Shown: one piece after another, positions 1 through 12,633 of the stretch | Layout of the letters: every line of letters starts with the position of its first letter | Position numbering within the stretch: position 1 is the first letter of the stretch | Source of the DNA: Dicyema japonicum | Taxonomy: Eukaryota; Animalia; Dicyemida | Assembly: GCA_011109175.1 (NCBI GenBank) | Contig: RDEW01000024.1 | Span: 559,189-623,188, forward strand | Direction of reading: 5' to 3' | DNA length: 64,000 nucleotides | Translations under genes and position numbers: made by a program | Notes under the pieces: model-generated | What the model was told of the DNA's origin: nothing | Database searches by the model: none | Seen by the model: only the letters and a program-made list of their open reading frames with translations

Positions 1-469
1 TTAGTTTTACTTTCCTAGTCATTGCTATTTAAGTTCTCAACAGAATTGTCTGAGGGAAAGCACCTCTTTTTCAGTTTAGAGCCGTTGATGTTTAGAAATA
101 CCGTGAATCAACTAAAATGAGTATTTTATCCCTCGGATGAGAACTAGTTTGAGACCACGTGGTAGTTATTTGATTGAATTATCTATCAGTCAACAACACG
201 TATTCATGTTGTCTTCACCCTCATCAGATCATCGATATATTGAAAGCTTATCCGTTGAACAATGAAAAAAACAACAAAAACAATGCACTTTCCAAGGAGT
301 CATATCAGTGATCGCTCCCTCAGGCAGAACACACACTTTATTTTAAGCAAAGAACAGTTAGCATAGCTAATCGATGAGGAAGAACCAAGGAATGCTCTTC
401 ACTTATTTTGTTTTCTTTAGTTGGGTGTATGTCCTATATAGAGGATCCGGTTCCGCAGTGAAATGTTCA

Positions 470-582
470 CTGATGACAGCGTCACTCGTCAAGCCAAAGC
501 ATAGAGATGCGTAGAACCTTCAACCGGAATGAACAGTCTCGGAATTCGAACTGGCGACCTTCATGCCTATTGCCCGGCGTTG
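470..582 (-). mobile_element. tRNA-derived SINE-like repeat, copy 1
   Basis: Reverse complement contains a B-box-like CAGTTCGAATTCCG. It aligns by eye with 50391-50500 and 51238-51342. Confidence 0.6.
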
Positions 583-2329
583 AACAATAAACGGTTTAGA
601 AATTTTCACGAAAGTGGGCTTTTTATGAAAAGTTAGACATCAACTTTTTAGTGAAGGCGATTTTTATCTGGTTTTAGTGACAATTTCTAAAATTGATACG
701 AATTTCTGTCACAAAATTCCTCATGTGGCCTCAATAATACTTAAATTAGGTTAGCAGATGATAACACACAGTTTTCTTCTGTAACATTGATTCAGACTAT
801 GTTTACATTTTTTCATTGTCTCCGACCGTTTCTGATTGTATCGTTAATATTCTTAGGCTTGTGGGGACACTGATCATTTTCGTTGATGTGCAAATTTGCA
901 ATGGTATCTAAAATTTTTTCATAAACAAACATACATGAATCTTCATTATAATCAATAATGATGATTTACCTAGACTGATTAGACATTACAGTTTCTGAGT
1001 GTCGATTCTACAAGTTCTCTCAATTTTGGGTAAATTGGATTTGAACGTTGATTCTATTAGCATTCGACACTTGATTTGTCTAGAACTTCAGGTTTCCGGT
1101 GTATCTTGAATTTGCCGCTTTGTTCGTGTTCGTGAAACGTGAACTTTCATCCCTCATAAAGCTGAGTCGACATTTCGTGAATAGAGGTACGTCACCGCCT
1201 TGACAATCTATTCACTACAAGTTCTTCATTAACACATCCCTCAACGAGATCACTTAATATGAGCTTTAGTCAGCTGATTTTCCTCCTCCAAGTCCTAGGA
1301 GATATGAATAAATCAAAAGTAACAAGTTCGCGCAGAGGCCAATGTATCTCCAATAAGAGAGACATCTACTAACATGGAGAGGTTAGTTCTCATTAAGATC
1401 AAATTTGCATACGAATATGGATTCGACCAGCAGTCATCACATAAACTTTAGGTGTTAACAGTCCTGGACATCTGGGAATGTGCTTGGTTCAATCGACGTA
1501 TACAAGGTTACGAGAAAAAATATATCGATTTTGAGTGATATCAAAGAGGTTACAAAAGCTTCCCGAGTCATTGGAAGTCTTCGTCTTTAAAGGAAGAGTG
1601 ATTCCCGGTTGGTGACGTATCATTGTTGCACGAAATGTCTACCTAGCCTTTGTTTACTTTTTTGTCGTGCACATGGAAGTCACGGAGTTGAGAGACGTCG
1701 AAATCTGAAGTTCTAAACAATGGAAGAGTCTGAGGAATTGAGTTATTCTTATCCCCCTTCTAAGAGATAATCCCCTCATTTCATGGATGAATTCATTTAC
1801 ACAGCGGACTTGTGTGTTTTAAATCGCATCTGTCTACAAGTCAAATTTATCTAATTCATCAACTGATGAAGGGTGAACTGGGAATCTCCTGATAACATAA
1901 TAAATAGTTGATATTTACCATGTTGATCAAAACTCTAACAAATAGATAAGAAAACTAGCTATTTTATTATATTGATTGGCATGCTTATCAGATAGATCTG
2001 GAAACTTTTAATTTGAGTGATATATATATCTGGAGGATAACTAAAATGTATCGAGTTAACCTCAAAATAGTCAAACAAAAATGAGTCACTGTGAAATTTT
2101 CTCTCTTGTAAGATTTACTAACATAATACATTTCTTCTACTTTTTGAATACCCCTTGGAAATTACTAAAATGAAGATTGTTCTTAGATTTTATTGGCCTC
2201 AAAGTTATTCTAGAATTCATGGAAGTTGATCAAACAATTCTAAACTTTAATTATCGAGTACCTTCCATAATTGGAGACGTTCTCCCTTTGGGGAAATTGA
2301 TAGGGCTTGGGTTTTTCGGTCTCAGCAGT

Positions 2330-2440
2330 TTAAAAGATGATCGGTGGAACGATGAGACTCTTCACGTCAAAGGCGATGGAAACAGGTTCAGAGTGGTCTA
2401 TCAATGGTGGGAGGGGGAGATGTCTCCAAAATGAGATTTT
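2330..2440 (+). repeat. ~110-130 bp dispersed repeat (also at 6124-6230; inverted at about 56130-56222 and 56850-56950)
   Basis: Shared core cggtggaacga..agactct....caaagg.ga..gaaaca.gttcagagtggtcta...caaaatgagatttt. Confidence 0.8.
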
Positions 2441-2533
2441 TTGCGATAAAAAACATGTTGGAGTATTATATGGTAAATTCAGCCATCTCAATCGATGTTC
2501 TTTTTCAGAAAAAAATTTTTTCTAATTGTTCGA

Positions 2534-5500
2534 ACACGTTTATTAAGTGGTGTGGTGTGATCAACAAAAATCTCATGGAAAATAAAGAACGAAAAGAAGA
2601 CAAAGTGCGAGGAACAAATCCAGTACGGACAAATCAGGTGTTTTTTATGTGGACAATCGAACATCAGGAAATATGGGATTAACTGCACACAATGTGAATC
2701 ATTCGTCCATCTGGGCTGCATAAAAATGAGTAAAGCTTGCGCCGAGACGCTGTCGAGTTGGCTGTGCCTCTCTTGTATTGGAATGGAGGCCCCCAGGCGG
2801 GAAAAAATAGCTCAGCCAAACTTTACACTACCACATACTGACCACACTCTCTTAAAGATCTCAAACCTCAGGAAAGCCAGGAAGATTCCAATAAAAATCC
2901 CTAAAGGAGTACGAATTGCCGCAGCAACGTGTCTTTCAGATGCCATTGATCACGCACTATCCTCTGACAGTTGGGAATCCTGGCTAAAACTTATATGCTT
3001 TGCACCTGTCGCATTCGGAATACCTACAAAGGAATCTGAGGATAATAATAAAGAAACAAACTCTCGGGAAAATAAAACGAAGCATAATTAATTTTAGCAG
3101 TCATAACATACACGCAATACTTGGACAGTCACTTAATGTCAATGAGATTAAAACCAGTCGAGCATACACCAAAGATGTCCCCAACAAACTAAATGAGAAA
3201 GTAAACCGGAAACTTCTGGAGGCCGATGTGCGGGCAGCCATACGGTTATCACGTCCGATGACAAAGTATTGTCTTGTACTCCCGAGGTCCTAAATACTTT
3301 AATACTAAAGCATCCAGATGCACCGACTGACTATGAAAAGTTTTTGAATCCTGAAGGAACCCAGGAGATAATCATTACTGAATCCGAAGTGCGCCACGGA
3401 ATAACTTCCTTCGCGGCTAGCAGCGGTGGAGGCTTGGAAGGGTTACGTCCTGGCCATATTAAGGACCTTACGTCCACTTACACCTCGGAAGCTGGACGCT
3501 GTCTTGTCAAATCAATTACGGACCTAATCAGAAAAATGGTTAACGGCGACATCCCAAAATATGCCAGAGAATTGCTCTTCTCTGCAAGGCTACTTGCTTT
3601 CAAAAAACCCAACGGAGGAATCCGCCCCATTGCGGTCGGGAACTATTTTAGAAGACTTGCAGCAAAAGTAGCATCGACCATGGTGAGCCGACAACTCGGA
3701 GAGGAGTTCTTTCCTAAACAAATGGGTGTTAGTATCCAGAACGGATGTGAGGTTGCGGTTCATGCAGCAAGGCGTTTCTTCACACAGAAAAATATTTCAA
3801 ATGAATGCATTGGAATCAAGTTGGACATAACGAATGCCTTTAATTCTCTCAGAAGAGACGAAATTATGAAAACGTGTTGGAAGAGGGCTCCAAAGCTTTT
3901 CCCTCTTGTCAATCTATCCTATGGGGAAGATACGTCTTTGGTTTTTGAAAATGAAATTATTAAATCAAAAACGGGTGTACAACAAGGAGATCCGCTCGGA
4001 CCTCTATTATTTGCCTTGACCATTGATGAGGTTGTGAGTTCAATTGATGCTCAGCTAAATCTCTGGTACCTCGATGATGCCACAATTGGAGGATCGTTCA
4101 AAGAAACATACAATTCATTACGTAAAGCGTTACCCGCTTTAAAACATTTGGGCTTGGACATCAATGTTAACAAATCAGAGCTAATAAATGTCTCATATCC
4201 ATACACCGACTTCCTCTCTATCAAGGAGTCTTTTAACGAACTGCTTCCTGGGATCCCGACTGTGCCAGTTGATAAATTATATTTCCTCGGATGCCCACTC
4301 AGCGAAGAAGAACTCAAGAACCATCTACTTTCCAAAAATGAAGAATTAACACGCCTTGCGAAAAGATTGTCATGTCTCGACTCTCACACATCTTTCTTCC
4401 TGATGAGAAACAACATCGGACTACCCAAGCTTTTATATCTACTCCGATGTTCACCCTGCTACGAACAATATGACATTCTACTTTCAATAGACAAGTCTCT
4501 CAAGCAAACAGTCGAGTCACTAATTAACGTCCGCTTCGACGAACTTGGTTGGAAACAATGTAAGCTTCCCTCTGGATTTGGGGGTGTCGGAATGAGATCG
4601 GCGCTGGAGGTTGCGTACCCGGCATACCTATCGTCTCTCTCAAGCAGCAGCCATTTGACACGGCAAGTCCTTCATAACACTATTGGACTTCGCTGGAATG
4701 AGTCATTTGACGAAGCTTGTCGGAAATGGAACGGGTCCGGACTCAAAATCCTGATAGACACAACAAAGCAAAGTAATTGGGATAACATTGTCTGCTCCAA
4801 AATTTTGGAAGACCTTAAAAAAAAGCAAATCAACATCGTCTGGCTTGTTTGGTGTCAGCTTCAAGTAGAGGGAGTGGAGCATGGCTTGGTGCAATACCTT
4901 GCCCAAACCTCGGGACCTTTTTGGACGACGATTCTTTGAGGATTGGAATCGGACAAAGGCTGGGACTAGACGTTTGCCAGGAGCACCGATGCCGATGCGG
5001 GAAAACAGTCGATGCGAAAGGATTGCACCCGCTGTCCTGCAGAAGAAGCGCCGGAAGGGGACCACGTCATGCTGCTCTGAACGATGTGATCGTCAGAGCT
5101 CTGAAGGCTACAGGCTTCCCAGCACAGCTTGAACCAGTGGGTCTTGATCGAGGAGATGGGAAGAGACCTGACGGGATGACCCTTTTCCCCTTCACGTCTG
5201 GAAGATCTTTGGTCTGGGACGCAACTTGTGTAGACACGTTCTCAAGCACGAACATTTTTAAATCGGTTCAGACACCTGGAGCAGCTGCTTCGACTGCGGA
5301 AAACCTAAAAATCAAGAAATATTCTTGCCTCGGGGATCGCTACTGATTTGCTCCTGTTACGACCGTTGGTTCAATGACGGCTGAGTTCTTGCGAGAACTC
5401 GGAGGATTGCTTGCCAGAAAGAAAAGAAATCAACGAGAAGGGTTATGGCTAAGACAAAAGATAGGAATAGCCATACTCCGAGGGAACTCGTTCGCAATCC

Positions 5501-5568
5501 ACGCAGCAGGCTTCCTCAACTGACATTTGTTTAATTGTTTAAAAAAAAATTTTGTTTAAAACAAAAAA
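2534..5568 (+). mobile_element. Near full-length CRE-clade (RLE-type) non-LTR retrotransposon, ~3.0 kb, 10-bp TSD AATTGTTCGA
   Basis: TSD at 2524-2533 and 5569-5578, an A-rich 3' tail, and the empty site present at 56776-56785 in the inverted duplicate. Confidence 0.93.
2575..5523 (+). pseudogene. Disrupted CRE polyprotein: PHD finger, RT, Cys/His knuckle and restriction-like endonuclease
   Basis: KKPNGGIRPIAVG, GVQQGDPLGPLLF, YLDD, CRCG..HPLSC, RHAALN, KRPDG, WDATCVDT, AILRGN. About 4 frameshifts and a TGA at 5344. Confidence 0.92.
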
Positions 5569-5687
5569 AATTGTTCGATTAATAAATTAAATATATAAAA
5601 ATAAATATTGTCTAAATAATACTTAATTTTATCCAATAAATTTTCATTAATAAATTTGAATAAAAGTTGACATATTTACTCAATTTC

Positions 5688-5964
5688 ATGAAAAATATGG
5701 TTTGTCTTTCAATTAAGCATTTTAGTTTTTTTCATCTCTTCTCTCCACAATATTTTTTATAAACTCCGTTTCTCCATTTAGACCAAGGTATTTTCGATAC
5801 ACATCCATATATAATAATACTTACTTTATTGTTCTTGGCGTTACTTCTTTGGTGATCAGTGTTGTAACAGCAATCGGAGTATATGTTTACATTCAACGTC
5901 GTAAAAAATTTCTGGTATTCTAATCACTAATTTAAAGGCTAGCATTAACAGCCAACAATATTAA
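5688..5964 (+). CDS. Predicted 75-aa single-pass membrane microprotein, paralog A (3 exons)
   Basis: GT-AG introns at 5700-5725 (26 nt) and 5915-5937 (23 nt) give an open frame: MKNMFFSSLLSTIFFINSVSPFRPRYFRYTSIYNNTYFIVLGVTSLVISVVTAIGVYVYIQRRKKFLASINSQQY*. It has a hydrophobic N-terminus, a TM helix and an RRKK stop-transfer, with an AT tract upstream. Confidence 0.65.
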
Positions 5965-7299
5965 TTTCACTTCCTTGATTGACTAACAAATTTAATGGGA
6001 ATGGGTTTTTAATTAATTGTTCATGCATGCTCACTTAGGAGGTAGGGGGAATCCTTGATTTTGATTGTTCTCATAAGTCTCGTGTCAATGTTCTATTAAC
6101 CACAAGTTCTTCTGACATAGCAGTTTAATCGCTGACCGGTGGAACGAGCAGACTCTATTCTGCAAAGGTGAAAGAAACATGTTCAGAGTGGTCTATTCAA
6201 GGGGAATTAGTCTTCAAAATGAGATTTTGGAAATCGATGCGGCAATAGGAAACATGTTTGTAGGTCTCTATATTCCATTTGCTATTTCTCCGTTTAATTC
6301 TCCCTCAGATTAATCTTCGCATCGTCAAAACTGAGGTACCTACTCTACCAGATGTATTCTGGCTTTGTAAAATCTCTCAGCTTTAGTGACCCACTAGCAT
6401 TTGACGTGGTGATTGACATCAACAATTATTCTATTCACTAGTCAAGGCTGTAAGGCAGACCATCACAACATGAATATGTGCATCCTGAGCCAATCGTCCT
6501 CCTAGAGTGAGTATCTTCCGTTAACATTAATTCACTAAAAGCTTCATTTTAAATATTTTTGGAAAAACCGTGAACCTGTGAGTGCTATACAACCAGCATA
6601 TCATCGATCAATGCATTTTTACTCATTCGCTTCATGAGTCCTTCCTTTTTCTGGAGGAATGATAAAATGGTCATTGGTCTTCTGAAAAAGGCACATGGAG
6701 TGACGAAACGGTTGATTAATGCTCTTGCAACAAATAAGATGACCATCCTCCCCTTTGAAGCCTGGAAACCTCTTTTCTGTGGAACACGGGAAGTAATTTA
6801 AATTCATTAATTTATTTAAAAAACACTCAGTCAGACAGCAACTGCCCTGATTGCGTGGCTATTCATTCTCAGACGGGAAAATAGCAATTTTTTTTAAAAA
6901 TAGCAAAAATAACATTTTTTTATTTTGACATAAAGTGGTAATAAAAAATATTTATTATAGAATAAAATTAAAATAGTAATTAATATTTTCTGTTTTAAAA
7001 TTTCGATCTTTGTGGGAATCTTAATATTATCGAATAGCTTTTGCAACAAAGGCAGAACTCGCAGCTCTACATATGCATAGACAGGTATGGCGGAAGTCTT
7101 TTATTCGAATATTATAGTATTTCAAAAGTCCTAGTCATTTAAAGTGTTTTGGAAAGATATTCATTAAATTACAAGGATTTGTGTTGAAATGATTCTGCTG
7201 TTGCCCCACAAACTTCCATAGAATAATATTCACGTTCTGTTTTTAAAATAAAGTCTATCAGTCCCAGCTGAAATAGTGCTCAATGGTTGTCCAATTATT

Positions 7300-7880
7300 G
7301 AATTGGCAACGTGCTGGATGATGAGGGAGGAGAATGGCCGCCTCGCTACGTCTTGGTCCTAAAGTGTTTGCGGAGCGAAAATATTGTGGACGTTTGATAG
7401 ATCCTTATGGCTGCAATCCACTGTCGTGCAGGTTGAAAGCTGGGCGTTTCGAAGGTATGCCTCAACGTGACGTTGAAAAACGAAATTTCCTCTGCTGGCC
7501 ACCACTGCCTTTTAGAGCCGACTGGTCTCACCAGAGAGAATGGTAAGTCCCCGATAAGATGACAACGTTTTTTGCTAATGGTGGGAACCTGGTTTGGGAA
7601 GCTTCATTTGTTGATATATACTCTCAAAAAAATTTGTCCTCTTGCGTCTCGGACCCAGGTCATGCTTCTATACAAGCCGAGGATCAGAAGAGAAAGAAGT
7701 ACTACGGAGATCACTTATTTGTCCCGTTTCTGTTAAGACGTAAGGAATCCTGGCCCACAAACGGACGATCTATTCCGTACGATCTGCTCAATGACCCAAA
7801 AGATCACCAAAGATTTACGTGAGACTGGATTGCTTCGAGAGCGTCTCGATAGCTATTGTCAGAGGAAACATCATGGGAAT
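7300..7880 (+). mobile_element. Decayed CRE RLE-domain relic
   Basis: YCGRLIDPYGCNPLSC, NLVWEASFVD, AEDQKRKKY, AIVRGN fragments. Confidence 0.8.
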
Positions 7881-9439
7881 TACAATTTATTGACAAAAGA
7901 GAGATTCAAGCTCCCTAAATTAAAATAATTCCAAAGACCAAGGGTAACCAAACTAACTAACTTCTTGATCCTGACTCGTTCCAGCGTTCCAGAACTTGTC
8001 TCCAGTTAAAGAAATTGTCCCCGGGGAAATAATAGTTGGATCCTCTTGATACCGGCCAGCCATTGGGCGATCCTCAGTAAGGTGAATCCAATGACGCCAT
8101 CGGATGGAAGTAAAATAATTTTGACCAACTAGCCACATGGCGCCACGTGGTCCGATTAATCATTATTTAATATTCCTCTCATAAGTGCACTTTAAACTTT
8201 AATTTTCTATTAATAATAAAAAAAGAGAACACTGGAGTATAGGAGGCAAAGCCCTGAGATGCCATATGGGCAGAGGGTTCAATTAGACAAGGCGCTCTCG
8301 GAGTTGTTTCAGCAACCAGAATCGAACCTGCCTGAGGAGGCTGGCGAACAGGCAGGCGAGGAAGGTTGTTGATTAAATATATTAACTTTTTTATTGTTTG
8401 TTAAATAAAGTGGGACTAAAAAAAAGAATAATCCATATACTTGATATTATTTTAATAATCCCTGGTAGAGCGTGCTGGGTTCACGTGATTAGTTTGTTTG
8501 TGTAACCGTGGTCTCTGGTGTTATTTTTGTTAATCCTGTCAAACACACATATAAACCACAATTAACTTTGGAAATAATAGCTCTGCAGTTCCTATCTCCC
8601 AAGCCTACAGCCAAGACCATCCCTGCCACTCTCTATGCAGACAAAAAAAATTATTATGGCAACCAGTGACCTGTCTCGAATGCCATTATCCATCCCTTCC
8701 AGCCTCAATTACCGGAGTCGTCTGATACAGATACTCGATTTGTTTCTAGGAGAAGCATCCGAAGACTCGATGATAATAAAATATTACACCGACCCCCTCC
8801 TCCAATAGACCAATCACAATCCTCTCTTCCAAGAGACGTCCGAGTAAACCTGGTTTGTCTCTTACCCCTCTCTACCAACGTACGATATTCCCTGTCCCTT
8901 TTCCAACCTCTACGTGTTGACAACAAATCACCTACTTGAACTTCATGGATTAGCACAACTTTCGTCTACAATGCTGGGACTGACCGATCTATGGAGCGAT
9001 CGGGAATTTCTGCGTTCTATTTAACAGCTGCTGGCCTTCTACAAGTTAGTGAGGCTGGGATTACTTAACTAGCATGATCTGATTATTCATTAATGTCAGT
9101 AACTGACATATTCGAATGTAGAATACAGGTTTTCCGAATTGTTTAATAACTTTTGCATATTTTTTAATATAAGGCCAAATTAATAAAAACGATTTTATAA
9201 TTAACTGAAAAAAAATTAATTAAAAAATAACAGGATTGCACTCATGGTTCTTACAGATTTTTTTGATAGTTTTCCAAACAGGAAAAAAATGTCTCGATTC
9301 GATTAAGTTGGAGTACAAGGAAGCAAAAAATACATTCATGCCATGTGCACGTTAAAAATTGATTAGAACAAGTTCAAGTTATTAAACTTTTTTGCAAGTT
9401 CAAGTTATTAAACTTTTTTACACAATTATTAAACAAATT

Positions 9440-9700
9440 AGAAAACCTTGTGAAGCCTTCCCACAGACACATTCGCCTTATGTAATTTACATCAGAGTGC
9501 CTCGAAAGCCAATTCTTAACTGAGAAGGCCGAGAGGTCTAAACGGAATAAGTACGCGGTCATACCCGAGGATTTTTTGTTCCGCTGACGATTGAAGAATT
9601 CTTGAGTCGTCTAGGGATCGGATTTTCGCAGCAACAGCAGATTCCCGTGAGCACTGCTGGTTATTCGAACGAATCTTGCTCGCCATCTTGATATTTCCCT
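9440..9700 (-). mobile_element. CRE 3' relic
   Basis: Remnants such as VWEGFT and the DSRILQ/REHCWLFERI region, similar to 35100-35500 and 30830-31100. Confidence 0.55.
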
Positions 9701-12526
9701 TTCTTTGAATGAAGTAGCAGTGTACATCATCACAAAATGTCTTTATTCCCTCACGATGAATGTGGGGTCCTGTTTCTATTCTTCTCTTATGAATGGATAA
9801 ATGTGGAGTCGGTGGGACATTGGATATATGATTTTTGGAACGAGGAAACACCGGATGCGCTACCCTCTGGGTTAGAATTTTGTCTAGCAGAAAGTTGGGG
9901 AAACTTGGGAAAGTCCACCTCCAGGAGTATCAAGGGAATTGTACCTTAGATTTTTAATTCTTGGGCGTTCTTAGCAATACTGTTCCCTTGTATCGTATTA
10001 GCACAAATCTAAAATCACTTCGGAAATCCAAAGTCCGTAAAAAGGAAGTATTGGATGTCGTAAGATCAGGATTCGAATCTCGTCAGTACAAATTTGGAGA
10101 TTATTTATAAGAGCTACTTCATGGAGAGGGAGCACTTTCTGAGTGGTTCATTGATCTGAAGATTGGTGTGCTGACATACCTTATTGACGAGATATCTTCT
10201 TAGCTTCATGATGGATGGAGATCCTTCCTTCTTTTATCGTGAGCAGAGACCTAGTGACGGACTCTAACTCTCTGGATGTATAATAGTCAACATGATTCTA
10301 TACTTTGAAGACTCAATACCAACATAAGCAGTGCTCTTAGATTCTGTCCATTAGACAATGTCGTGGTCACTTAGTAAACGAATCGACTTTAAAACGGAAT
10401 TATTGACTTCAAATTACTAAACTACTTTATATTATTATTACTGGGTCATCCAGATTTCCCTGATTCCACACCCACGTGATTCTCATACAAATTTTTAATT
10501 CTTAAATGTTTCCAGTCAATCGGGATGGCTTTGATTGGGCTTCACTTCCACGTGACGCCGATTAGCTTAGAAATTCCTGGTTGCTTGTACTAACAAGAGA
10601 CCACAATAGCTACAGGGAGATTGCGACTCCTTTTCAAAAATTTTAGTGAGCAGTGGCACCACTTAAGAGGAATCGTCGGGTGATCTCTTGATCACGTTGG
10701 GTCAGACCTCTGACTCAGAATTTCCTTCACTTCTTTTTGAAATGGATTTGTCCGATTAAAACTCTTAAAGTTAAGTGCTAGGACGAATAAAAATTTTCAC
10801 TAGATTTATCTCCCCAGAAATGCTGCATATCGTGGATTCTCACTAATTTCGCTGTCATAAAATGTGACAAAGCATGTGCAACACAAGAAATTAAACTACT
10901 AGCAACTTCTCTCATCCTCGTTAAAAATAAAAAAATGTTGTCCCGTTGTATAAAATTCGGATTTATTGTTTTTAGTAAATAAATTTAAAAAAAATTGTTA
11001 ATAAATTTTTATTGTTAAAACAATAAATTATAACAACTACTTAAGGCTACTTTCAGTCAAGAATGGCCACTCACAATTGAAAACACGTTTCCGCTTACGA
11101 TTTGTAAGAATTTGTAGTCAATAAGGCAACTTCTCTTGTTTTTCCATCATTTTTCTCATGCAAAAAGATCAATACGGTTTAGCGTGGTTAGTGATCTGTT
11201 TCCAATAACCCCGAGGTTCCTACAGCGACCGGTTTAAAAATGAACCTTCACTGTGACTTTCGTATATTTTTTGTAAGATTATGGCTCTTTCCGAGATTAG
11301 CATGGGTGAGTTGTGTCTTAAATACACAAAGTTACTCCTCAGAGACTATCACAAAATGGTTCCACGTTTTTTCTTAATTACATAATAACTAAGTTCTTGC
11401 TTATTAACAGATTCCACATTTGTCCATTCATGATGAAGTTCTAAATAGTTATCTAGGAACCTAAGGTGACAGCTGAGGAACGGCCAAGATCACCTTGGTC
11501 TGAATAATGAATAACATCACATAGGTTATCTGAAACTATCTACCACGAAATTCCCTTTATTAGCTAATTCTCAAGGAATTCTTTTCGGAAGAGAGATCAT
11601 GACCATCTATGAGAGATGAAGTGCTATAAGCTACATCGTGCAGAGGTAAGTCACTGCCTCAGTTTTCTGACCAATTAAAAAACAGGAAAACAAAGAAAAG
11701 GTTGGTTTTCATGTGAGTCGCCTCCTCGTAGAAAAAACTACCTACATTTGTAGCGAACAGACTAAACTTATTACCCGGAACAACTACCAAATAATTTGCT
11801 TGGTATTTAATGTGAAACGAGCGCCAAACTACCGTTCCCAGATTTCTTTAATCATAAAAAAGTTAAAATCGAAAAAAGTGTCGTGATTGGATAATGTTAG
11901 CTAGATTGAAAATTTTATTTTATTTAATAAATAATTTGAAAATGTTTATAATTAAATTAATTTTGTCTTATCCGGTAAACATAAATAAATTTATTTTAAA
12001 TTTCAAATTTTAAACGTGTTGTCACGTTGTACCTACGTTGGTTGTAATTTAAATTAACAGTCTTGTTATTTTAGGCGTATGATGAAATAATCCATTCGTT
12101 GAATTTATCCAATATAGCATATTATGTGTTGTTTTATTGGGTAATCATGATTTTAAAGTTAACTGATGACGCCTACATATTTTATCATTATTGCTTAATT
12201 TTTTTGGTTTAGATGGTGACGACGCCTCTATTGCATTATGTCTCTTCGTATTCTTTTCCAACTGTTCCTTTCACTCTGGGATCTTTTAATTACAGACGAT
12301 TTAAACAACCTTACAAGAACCACCAACTGGCATGCGATCTGACAAAATACGACGTCTCTGTCTGCTGAGAGACAAAAACGACCGTACAATTTACAGAACT
12401 GTTTGGCAAACTCTACCTTTTTATTCTCCCATCTGCTTGCCACATTATGGTCTTGGATCTGCATTCCATCAGGATCTGATTCACTGTGCTACAGAACTGT
12501 GAACAGTATCTGACATTATAATGGTA

Positions 12527-12633
12527 ATGGCGGACGACCTGGTCTACCTAAGAGAACTAGCGCGCAACAGAAGATCATGGTCAAAGCTGACGGAGAGAAT
12601 GATTCGGAAAACGGCACAAGGGAAACGTAACTA
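12527..12633 (+). mobile_element. RTE-like LINE C-terminal relic
   Basis: DDLVYLRELARNRRSWSKLT matches the DLxxLRxxAxNRxxW ends at 39312 and 59160. Confidence 0.65.

Larger units (their letters stand above)
1021..6960. repeat. Left arm of inverted segmental duplication (partner about 54595-57877)
   Basis: 1021-1102, 1538-2533 and 5569-6960 match the reverse complement of 54595-57877, with long near-identical stretches. Confidence 0.95.

Noticed and set aside
11942-12460. Possible spliced membrane-protein gene after an AT island
   Set aside because: I could not obtain a consistent spliced reading frame.
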